Shown here piece after piece: positions 42,601-54,600 of a stretch of 64,000 bases of DNA. Positions within the stretch are counted from its first letter, which is position 1. Each line of letters begins with the position of its first letter. A program made the translations under genes and the position numbers. The stretch covers positions 274,709 to 338,708 of the forward strand of contig NW_004797786.1 of the NCBI RefSeq assembly GCF_000002075.1, given 5' to 3'. The DNA comes from Aplysia californica (lineage: Eukaryota). Below the pieces are notes generated by a model. The model was not told where the DNA came from and made no database searches. It saw only the letters and a program-made list of their open reading frames with translations.

Positions 42601-45600
42601 CCACCAGTAACTTTTCAATAATACTGTTGCATAGATTCTCACTTCTTTAGAGCAGACCGATGTCTCGGGGGGGGGGGGAGATTTTAACGAGCTCAATTCG
42701 GATGGCTTTGCGCCAAATGATGATTTACATATCTACCTCATCTAAGGTATCCCAACTCCAAAATTTGAGGGCCCTATTTTGGGATGAAACCTAAAAGTGA
42801 AACATACATCACTAAATTTGTCAATTAATCAAAATAAAAGAACTTATTTTGACAGTTCTTCATCTAATGAGAGAACTACTGGTAAAAAAAGAACTGTTTT
42901 CGGCAATTACTGAAAACTAATATAACTTTGGAGTCATAAAGTAATAAGCTCAAACAGCTGCCAGCGGCTCACCGACACACTGTGGCTCCAAACATGAGCC
43001 ACTGGCAACGGCTTGCTGGAGATAAAGAGTGAATGACAGAGTCTAAAGCGTTATTGACAGTTATGGGTAACTATTATAAAATATGGGTAACCATCATAAA
43101 ACTACAAATTAAAATTGTTAATAACATTAACCTTTGTACTTGCTGAAATACTTCTGTTTTCAAATGTTTAGGGCCCCCCACCATTTCTTGGATTTAAGTA
43201 ATCAGACATTACTCTTCCGAAGCAAATTCAAACAGACCACCAAGAGCTCTAACAATTTTTAGAATGTTTAATTCTGACTGGTCATCCCATAAAATAACGT
43301 GTCTCTACATCACAGTCACAATTACATCTATCCTCATACAAAGATCAAATTATCACTGTAGAAACTAATATGAGCAATGAGCCTGCTCTACCTGGGCTGC
43401 TTCCCACAGAAAAAAACATCAGGCTTCATCATGGTGGAATCTCCTAAGAAGAGGGAATGATTGGTGCCGGCTGCAATGTCCCACACCATACAGCCCTTCA
43501 TGAACTGGAAAAGAGAGAGTAGTAAGAGCAACATGTCATTATTATGAGTCACAAAGAGGCTTCCTCTAGAAAAAAAGTAGAGTAAAGGACATAGAAATAT
43601 CTGTTTGATCGATTCTTCTCTTCAGTTATTTCATGGAGTTTTAGAGCATTTTTCCCGCTGCAATGGAATTATTTTTGTGCATTGTAATTCATTAAGATAT
43701 GTAGCTAATCTTATTCTAGAACTTGTGAACTATTTTACAGCTTTTTTTTTTTCTTTTTTTTGGGGGGGGGTCGGCTCAAGGGTAAAACAACATCCTCAAC
43801 TATGACAAAATGAAATAAAAATCTTCTCTCTTACCTTTAATTGTCAGGTGAAGAATTACTATGACACCCACTATCTTCTGTCCCCCTTCACTAGTCAGGT
43901 GAAACATTACCTTGACACGTGTTGGAGCATGCACCAACTCCTGCTGACCCAGCTGACCATATGAGTTGGAACCCCAGGAGAAGACCTGAGAATTGGCAGT
44001 CAGTGCCAGGCTGTGCGATTTGCCCGTGGACAGTTTTATCACATGACGACCTGCACACAAAAGTGTATGTTATGGTATGGCATGGTAGGGTAATTACAAT
44101 AATGTGGAAGGGAATGAATGACACAATATGAAATTAATGAAATATATGGTATAGTATGGCCTGCTCTGTACCGTGAAGTACATTATGATCTGATATAGAA
44201 TATTTGGCAAGGCTCATTTTGGAATAATACAAGGCTGTGGTGATAGTAGACTGTCAGATAAGACAATACAGGACATTTTTAAAAAAGAGGACAGATTTAA
44301 AGGGTAATAACTTGCGATCTTTGCACCAAATGCCACAACAACACACTGATCTCAAACCAACAACTCACCCATGAGCGAGCGGAGGTGTACAGGTTCTGCT
44401 CTGTCCAGTGTGTCTCCAATCCCCAGCTGACCGTAGCCGTTCTCCCCCCAGGCCCACACCTCAGTTGCAGTCACAACCGGCTTGATCTTGGGAACCTGTG
44501 AAGATTCTGGGGAGTGCACATTACACTGATTCAGTTTTTGTGTGCAGAGAATCTCTTGGTTTATATTTGTTTTTAAGTTTCTGCATTCCCCTTCTTGATT
44601 TCTGGGGTAGTCATCTTTAGATTCTCAAACCCAGAGTGTAGCTTAATGTTACACACTATAAGTAAGGCTGTATTTCCTCCAAAATTGTGGTGCCTTTGAG
44701 AACTCAAGCAGTATTTATCACTTTGAAGGTACTCTTTACAGGCCTACTTTTCATTTACCTTTAGCTGTCAGGGTGTCTTTAATTAAAGCAATCTGCCCAT
44801 AGATCCGGTGATTTTTTTGGTCTTTTTTAAAAACTATTGTGCGTTTGTTAACCCCATCTATCCTAGAATCAGGGGAGTGAAAAAACTTGAGCAAAAACCA
44901 CCTGTCAACAACAGACAATGCCCACATGTACCTAACATCAGACCAGTTACAGTGGCATGAAAGAAAAAGAAACTTACCTCTAGACCGTCTTTTCTTTCCA
45001 AAGAGTAATGTTGAGAAATGTACAATGGGTTTTTTTGCAGTCTTTAAAAAAATTGTTTGCTTTATTGAAGAAAAGCCTATAAACAAAATATCAGACACTG
45101 AAGTGGACACTATTGAGACAATAACATTTTTTATGCACAGCTATATTTATACAATCAAAATTGTCTGTGCCGGCCATCCAATGTCGATGACAAAAGTGGT
45201 TGTCTTAGACATGAGGACGTCTTGGACAGTGCCATTTTAATATTTTAAAAACTCAAGAGGGAAGTGGGAAGTGGTCATTTGTACAGATGATTGTCTTGAA
45301 TGGGTGGCTGTCACTTACTGTAAGAACAGATTCGACTGTATTAACTAATCTAAGAAGGAATTTTGTGTGTATTAACTTGTTAAATTTTGACAAGTACATC
45401 ACTGGAGGAAATTATAGCCATGAAAAATCCAGTTCTACCAACAAACAAAACAAAACAAAAACACATTTATTTAAATCCACTGCAATTGTTGTTCTACAGA
45501 CAAACTCTTATGCAAAGTTTCAAAGAGATTGGAAAGACAGATTTTTCATAATCATTATCATTTCAACCCCATACTCTAGAAATTTAATTTAATGAGAACA

Positions 45601-48600
45601 TTCTTCAAAAATCCCTTGCATGGCTTGTAAGGATTTTGAAGGGGTAAAAAATGTTAAAGAGGGTGTCGTGAAGGGATAATTTTGCATCAGAGTCCACAAA
45701 ATTGAAGACCTTTAGCCCGTTCAGACCTATTTTAGCCACTCATCATTTTCTGCATTCGTGACCTTATTCAATGTGGTCAGGACATATTTTTTGTCTAGAG
45801 ATGAAAAAAATGAAAACTCAGTACTGAGGCAACTCAATCTAGAGTGTGTAATGAAAACAAGATGGGCAGACTTTCAGCAATAACTCCCTTGAATATTTTT
45901 GTACTTAATTTTTGTTCTCATATCAAGTATGCATCAAGACGTGGTGGACTCTTGGGCATATGAAATTATTGGTGTAAGCTTCATCTCCCCCAGCTGTTGA
46001 CACTAGCAGAACCAGAGTAAAATACTCTTGTAAAATAAAAAGCTTGCTTAAGACAAATAAGTACTTCATAAATTTAATTAGTAAAATTATTTTTCTAAGG
46101 ACATCCGCAGTATTAACCCTATCCGTACATCGTGTTTAACTCTCGTATCCATACGATGTGGAGAACTCTGTGCCACCACTTTCCAAAGAGGAAATTTACT
46201 CATTAATCCGATCCGTACGTTTTGCATAGTAGTCTGTCAAAATGATTTTTTGAGAAATACTGAAAGTTTCAAAGAGATCTTCACATTAGAAGTATTCTAA
46301 AATGTGAAGAATACAACCCTTAAGGTACAAAATGACCCCAGGGCGTACAGACAGGGTTAAGAAAGTGCTGCCTAACCTGTTTTCTAGAAAAACTGAGATT
46401 TTCTCGTTGGACACAAAAGTCAGAACCCCTACAACTGGTGCCTGAAAAAAATTCCATTTTAAAGAGAAAGATTACAATTATCCGGTGAACACAACCCCCC
46501 CCCCCCNNNNNNNNNNNNNNNNNNNNNNNNNNNNNNNNNNNNNNNNNNNNNNNNNNNNNNNNNNNNNNNNNNNNNNNNNNNNNNNNNNNNNNNNNNNNNN
46601 NNNNNNNNNNNNNNNNNNNNNNNNNAAAAAAAAAAACTATGAAAAAAACCAGCCTCTTCTTCCACTATAATAAATTTCAACCAAAACAAAACCCATCAAC
46701 ATCAGTGAGTTGAGCAGCCCACCTGTAGTACTTGAGGCTGAGGTTCGGGACAGGTTTCGCTGCTGTAAGTGAATGGTGCGTAAAGATCTCTGCTTGTCAC
46801 CGCGCCCGAGACTGGACATGTCATGCCCAACATTGGCCAGCTCCTCGGACCATTCAGCAAATGTCCCCGACTTGACCATTTCATGACCTTGAGGAAAGGG
46901 AGTGGAGTTTTTGCTGTGATTTGTGAGTTGCAGTTCACAATCAAAATGATTACAACCAGACTTTGCTAAGATAGAATAATGATGATAGTAACTCTGAAAA
47001 AAAGAAAGAACAAAACACACCAGCAAACCTGCTTGACTGAGAAAAAAAAACTCGGGATGTCACGTCTTTTTTTTTACTACTTTTGTTTTAGTAAGAGTTT
47101 TACTGCACTTGCAACACAATAAGGTCATATAAGCGCTGAAGATTAGAGGTGTTACAAGAGAGTAACAAACACAAAAACGAAGGAGGGGACATAAAGACGA
47201 TAGATGTTTAACAGGAAAGAAGGAGCAAACCACACATGAGCACCCACGAACCACCCACGATGTCAGATCAAATCCTGCTCTGACAACAACTGGGTAAAGG
47301 GAATTTCATGAAAAACTTCATCTATACAAATTAGGTCCAAAGACATTTTCAAAGAAAAGACAAAATCTTGAAGGCAGTTGCTGAAACCCTTAAGCTATAG
47401 TTAACAGTAAGTTAAAGTAAGTTTTTAGTAATGTTAGTAGTTTTTACGGTGCTCGCAACTGCATAAAAGGTCATATGAGCGCCAATGGGTGGATGTCAAC
47501 AGAGAAGTCCATACAGGGAATCAGGCTTACTCTGATAACCTCTCTAGCTTCAGTAGCACAAAGTCTGCTTTGACTATCAAGGCACCCCAGAAATAGGGGT
47601 TCACAAGAGTGTGACAAACATACAAAAGAAGTAGAGGAAAACTGACGATAGTAAGGACACTGATTTTAAAAGTGTAATTAGTTTTTGTCTTTGTGAAGCA
47701 CCAGCTCTGAAATGACCATTTAAAATTGTCCCCAGTCCAGTCGGGTGACGTCATTGAGCGTTGACAGCGAGGTGCCCTTTCCAGTTTTGTGGCGTAATAA
47801 GAATGTAGTTTGGATTCTGATAAAGCCGACTGCGCTAGTCCGTGCTTAAAGCCGCCTGCAGTCTGCCAGCTCTATGTGGGGCAAGTTGTAAATCATTAAG
47901 GAATTTTTATACTTATCGGAACTTACTGAGTCAGTCTCTGAAATCGGCGTACTCTATGCTTTAACAGATAACAGAGGCACAGAAAAAAGGACAAAAGGAA
48001 ACAATAACATACCACAACTTCAAAGAATGCATCAACGCAGAAAGAAATACATGTACAAGTACACAAAGAATAGAAATCTCCACTTCATAAATAGGAAACA
48101 AATCACACAAGAGACAGAAAGGAAACAAAGCAAAAGACTCACACTAACAAAAACACTATTGAGTCTCCTGAAGGTAAAAATACATAGACCCACCTGAGAT
48201 CTCAGTATCCCCAATGTCCGGCAATTTGTTCCCGGAAGTCTTTGACTTGTCAAGATCACCAGCGTCTCTTTCACTCCCAGCAGTTCCTGACCTGGCAGCA
48301 CCTGCTCCTGCATTTGTGATGTCAGACTGGGCAGCTTGGTCGGGAGATTCAGGGTCACTGGAGCCAAACGCAAACCCCGAGAGAGTGTGAAGGCTGCTGA
48401 AGGCTCTGCTAGTTACCGATTTCATCTACGGTGAGGGAAAATAGACTAGGTCAGTTTGGCATACATTGGGCAGAGAGTGAATTTAAGGACACAAATTAGA
48501 CTGACTGCTTCATATTTGAGGTTGTGAAATGCACTCAGTGGAGAGCCAGGCATACTCAGAGAGCACAGAGTGAAGTGTTAAGTATGGATAGGTTACACAC

Positions 48601-51600
48601 TAATGAGCGCAAGAGCAGAAAAAGTGGATTTGGAGAATTAGCCTCCATTAAGGTTAATAATTACAAACAAAGAAAAAAAAATTTTTTTAAAGGATTTTTT
48701 ATTGATATATTAATGGTCTCCCCTGTTCAACTCTTTATCTCAGGCAAGCCACTCCCAGCGGCTCGTCGTTGGAACCCCTGTGCCGGTGAGCCGTTGACAG
48801 CGGCTCAGGCACATTCTTTTACGACAACTTCGACATCAAACTATTTTTCGGCACAGGTCTCTTTTACCGAGATTTTATTCATTACATGAAGAACTATCAA
48901 AATAGGATCACTTGTTTTAATTTAATTTTGTGACACCTTTGTCATTTTTAGATTTAGTAACAAAAAAGGGCCCCATCATTGTGAGTTTACCCCCCTTGGA
49001 GATAAACAGTTAAAAGACAGGAAGGTTCCAATGCAACTTTTTGACAACATAAAGTTATTCAAGACGGGTGCCTTCTGAATAGAATGTCAACCTCCAATTG
49101 GAGCGAGCTAGATGGTTGAGGAACCTCAAAAAACCCGAAACAACTCATGTTCAGGAATGTCACTTGTGGGATTCAAATCATGGTAATTATAGTCGTTCTT
49201 GCTCGACACCAACTGAACTAACAATGCATCTTCTCCTTACACAAACACAGGTTGTACCTTACCTGTTCCATCATGTTGTAAACCCCGTCACCCTTATCCG
49301 GGGATTCCGCATCAGTTGGTGCACCCACTTTGACCTCAGATTGCTTTACGTCCTTGACATGGCGGTCAGACTCGGCCAGCTCCTCTGTCCCATCTTCCAG
49401 TTGTCGGTGCAGGTAATCCATGGCTTCTGATTGGTCTATCAGGTTGAATGACTTGACACTGCTCGTGGACGGAGTGCGGACACGCTCCCTCCTTTGAACT
49501 GGCAGTACATCTGACGACATGTTAACAAACAGGACTTTAACACTGTGCTCATAAGAAAGGATATTTTAGTCTTAAACCGATGTTAACAGGGATGTGAAAG
49601 TTGAGCATTTGGTAAAACTGTCCCTAAAGTAACACCCTGATCAAGATGGGAGATATGACTCCCATGTCAATTTATGTTGAAGTCCTTAAGAGACATTTTC
49701 TTTGAAGCACTTGTCTAGCACAATATCAATTGCCCTATAAAAGCAAAGTCTGACTCCAAAAGTCTTATTTTTACAAGAAACAGAAAACATCTCTGAACTT
49801 GTCTCGACACTTAATTTTGTAGAAGACACTAGGACCTATTTAGCTTACTTTTTACCTTCTAATAAAAATAAAAATACATCTACACATGATGTACAGTGTT
49901 ATGAATAGACTTAACTACATTGGTAAAACAAAATGGACATATCATTTTCTGGGAAATATTGCAATTCATATCAAGCTCTTGAAAAGATTTGTACTGTTCT
50001 ATTTGATTGCTTCATATTTTAAGAAAAATATCAGAGCTGCAGACCGCATGCCCACTCACCCTCGGGCAGCTCCTCTGTTTGTGACCGTCGCTGCCATACC
50101 ACCTCAGCAGAATCTGATGAAACGGATCTGTCTACACCCGATGGGCTTGCTTTATTGCCCTCATCCTTAGCCACAGTGTCCTCCAGCTTCCTGTCGGACA
50201 GCTCAATCTGCTTGACAACACCCTCCGCATCCTCTGAACCAACTTCCTGGACTGTCGGCAATGTTTCCTGCGAGACAACGTCTCCATCAAAAGGGTTGTC
50301 ACCGGGGATGACCAGAATGCTCGTTTCAATCCCTGATGTTTCCAGAATGCTGGAAGTGTCCAAGTTACCGGAAGAGTCTAAATGCACGGAGGTGTCCTGT
50401 GGCTCAGAAAGGTTTTTTACTTCAGTGACATCTGAAACAGTTCCTGTCTTTTCCTCCCACGAGGCATTTTGAGCTGTTTCTGAAGACTCTATAGACACTA
50501 ATGATTTTCCTCCTTCTGATTTTATGTCAGCCTGTTTAGCTTTCTCCTTGGACCCACCACCACCCCCTTCTGAGGTGAGCTGCTTCTCATCTGCTGTTGC
50601 TGGTTGGTCATGTCCTCTTCCTCCATCCGTTTCAGCTTTGGAAACGTCACAAGTAGCAACAGTGGTAGATTTGGTTGTATTATTTGAAACTTCTTCTTTA
50701 GCCTCACCAATAATCTCATTACTAGAGCTTGACGCAGACACTTCTTCAACAATTGTGGAATCAATGCTGCGTACATTGTCTGCATTGCTACATTCGTGCA
50801 ATGTTTCAACTATACACATATCACTAGTGTCTGTGTATGTGAAAATTTCTTTGTTACATGTGCTACATCGTGCAGGGTAGTGTTTGTCTTCATTCACGCT
50901 GCCAGCGGGTGTCTTCGCCTTCTTCTGCGGGGTGCCAGATTTCGAGCTAGATGAAGTCAGCAGCAAAACGAGACTGTGAGACTCTCCACAACAAACAGCC
51001 AGAGCAGTTCGGCCCTGCAGGGTAGAAACACGGCGAGGGATTGGCGCATGTTGCAGCTCACCCAGACCAAGCTGGGGACCAAAGCCCCAGGCCCAAACTT
51101 CACCGTCTGGAGAAAGAAAAGGAAAAAACTGCAATTAAAGAGGAGGAGAGAGGAGGAGAGAGGAGGAGAGAGGAGGAAGAAAGGAAGGAGGTGGTGAAAG
51201 GAAAAGAGAAAGACAAAAGAGGAAGGAGAGGAGGGAGGAGGAAGGAGAGAATGAAGAAGATAGAGGAGGGGGGACAAAGGGCTCAACATGGGAGAGAAAT
51301 GACAGGAGGGGAGTGAAGAGCACAGAAAAGTTTGCAACAGAATGGACGAGCTATTTTTTAATGTCTCTACACAAAACAGACATATTTGTAATTCATGCAA
51401 ACATCAAAGCCAACCTCATAGCCATGTAAGCCATACAGAACATCTCAAAGAACCAACTCCAATTTTTTTTAACCATGTCAAATTTTCCCATCATTACCTG
51501 TAGACGGATCAAATAAAGATTTCTGAACTATCTTAACACTAAATAAAAATCAAATTTTTATTCTTTTTTCTCCTTACCATCTGACAGTGCTAGTGTATGC

Positions 51601-54600
51601 CTAGCCCCACAAGCTACCCTGCAAACACCAACACCGATGCTGGGCTTGGGGAAGCCGTGAGCGCAGAATCCTTCATGAATCTCCACTGCCACACGTGTCG
51701 GACTGAGCACCAGGTCCAGAGTGCCGGTACCACACTGGCCATCCGTTGAATCTCCCCAGCAGAACACCTGACCACAGTCTGTGACCACTGCACTGTGTTG
51801 TTTGCCACAGGCTATCCCAATGGCTGGCCCTGTGAACATTGAGTTTCAAGAGTTAATGCAATGCGTTTGTAACAAGCAGGCTGCCACAGGCACTGGAAAA
51901 GACAATGACAAGTACAAACTTCATTTGTCTCACTGTGAGCAATATGCCCAAGAAGCATACACTTGTTATAAACTAAACAATTCTTTATAAGCCCACTTTC
52001 CCTCATTAAACATTCTTTAAACTCTTATTATTTTTTTTAAAACCTGGACACATCGTGTACAGAACATGTACCATTTTAGTAACAAGGCAACCTTATTGGT
52101 TTTCTTAAACAAATATATTTTAATCTGCTTCAAGACAGCCAATTCTGAGATGTTAAGAATCAATGCAACCAACAAAAACCAAATTATCTTAAGAGAAAAC
52201 ATTCATCATTCCATTCACTATACTACTTTGAGCTCAAGAAAGACCAGTTTTAAATGGAACTTTATAGAAAAATCCTGAGATTTAATGTAATAGGACGAGC
52301 CACAACAAAAGTACATCTTCCCACCTGATAGTCCATCCACTTTGACAGGTTCATCTACAGATGCAATCTCCAGTGAGCCAAGTCCGAGCTGACCACAGCT
52401 ATTGGCCCCATGGACAAATACTTCTCCATCATGTGTCAGAAATAGGCTGTGGTTTTGGCCCAGAGCAATATCAGTGATAATAGTCTGCTTGAATACATCA
52501 AAACTGTGCAAGTTGATATCTCCTGTATACCCTTGCCAGAGAGCCATGCTGACAGAGGGAAGAGGCCTAGAACAAAATCCAAGAACATCATTTGAAATTG
52601 TTTTACAAAATAACCATTTGCAACGTCATATTGTTTTAAAAGAACTGAAAAATAAAACATCGAAAAGAAGAGTATTCTGGGCTGTAGGTGGAAAAACATT
52701 AAAACATAGTACTTGGACATATGACAGCAAAAGAATTTTGTGTGTAGAAGAATGTCATTACTCAAAATTAGAGTAGTGTATAAATTGAATGAAACTAAGA
52801 GGCTGCTGCTTTGGACTGTAAAACGTCTCACAGAATGGGGGATAAAAACACAAAATGTATTAAGTTGAGCTATACCAACAAAGACAAGGCAAAAAGGTCC
52901 TGCACAAATTGTAATTTGTGACATAAATGTATGTTGCTGTGCAGTAGTCACGCTGTAAAAAATACCATCAAGCAGTCAAACATGAGTATATAATATAAAA
53001 TATTTATTCTATAATGTGATTGTCCTGTATTGTTTGGGGTACAAGAGAGAACCAGAGGCTCATAAGGCTTCGGTGGGAATTTCAATGATCAGGATTAAGT
53101 CTGACAGCATGTATACAAGGGAACAAAACCAGCTCCAATGCCATGGAATTTAAAGGGAAAGAACAACCAGAGCTGAATATTGATAAAGTTGTACTGTCCA
53201 GTCTAGAAGAGGGCCTCTTAGCATCTGCAAAATACTATGGTAAAGCATGATGCATGATCCATTACCCATAACCACTCAAACTGGACACTCAGTAGTCTTC
53301 AGGTGGATTAAAATACTTAGAATAAAATCTGAGGTAAGCTCATTAAAGAGAACAAAATTTCACGGCACAGTGAAAATACTCCCAAAGCCCAACCCCAGGT
53401 TCACATCCTGGGAGGTGGAAACTAGACAAAGTAGGGGATTGCTGGGTTCAACGAAGTACGGTGTGGCTTTATGCCACTGAGGCGTCACGCTAGCCGTGAA
53501 AGAGAACCCGGGATACCCCGAAAAGTTGCAGGCTAACGGGGCTCTGGTGAAACTGTGACAGGCCTAGCAAGTCGGCAACACATTATTTATCGCTAAAAAC
53601 ACAAATAGAAGAAAGAAAAATTACCGCGACACTCGAAAGGGTATAAGCGGCGGATAAAAATAAGTGAAAATACGATTTTAGTCTAAGGCGGACCAGATTC
53701 TCTTAGGCTCGGGCAAGAACTATGGTGGGATAATTATAATACCATACCAAGTGGAAAAACTAGAAGTCTCCCTTCGACCAGATTTGTGCCTATTTGATTC
53801 GACTATTCAACATTAATGATTATAGCACTATCCATAGCAATTCGAAGCGTAGCAGAGCCATTCAAATGATGTGTGATTTTTTTTTACAACAGATCTTCGT
53901 CTCATTTTTTCTCAACCCATAGTAACATTAGAGCATTTTAGGACATGTCTTATCTCACTGATGTAACTTCACAACAATATGTTGTAGTTGATGATTACAT
54001 GAAAAAAAAGAGTGGTAAGCGGAGCCAACAGGAGATACATAAATTTTCCTCTAACAGACACACGTCACACCATATATAGCTCAAGGGAACATCGCTTTAC
54101 GCCTAAATATGTAACAGAGGTAAAAAATTAAAAACTATTTCATTTCACTTTCAATGACATGAATATGTGGGTAATTAGTAATTAATGTTATTTTTAATAA
54201 CCATGTGTACAACAGCAGCGTGAATATTTTGGGAGAAATTTGGGTGTTTGATGGTCACTTTGGGATTCCAACATGCATAATAACTATGATGACAGGAAAT
54301 CTCTAATAGCGATATTATTTAAACAAACACCATCTGTTTAAAGTTGGTATCTCTACTACTTTTTACGCCAGTATCAAGCCTTAAAAAAACCAATTCCCAT
54401 CCGATGGTGTGACGTTTGATGGTATGTCATCATGTTGTGTACTGACATATTAAGATTATGAGGATAGCAGTTTTTTAATGGCATTTTTGTCATCATAGAG
54501 CGTCAGATGAGAATATTTTAGAAAATCTTTGGAAGTTATTATTTAATTCTAACTATACTGCTCTTTGCATGTTTGAAACAAACACAATGACTGAATTTAT

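Noticed and set aside
50031-50059. Read-through of the exon-4 donor giving a short alsin isoform like the human short form
   Set aside because: Any retained intron gives such a stop; I saw no nearby minus-strand AATAAA and have no transcript evidence.
50155-51400. Plus-strand ORFs opposite exon 4 and ORFs over the polypurine tract
   Set aside because: Antisense shadows of a coding exon and low-complexity sequence.
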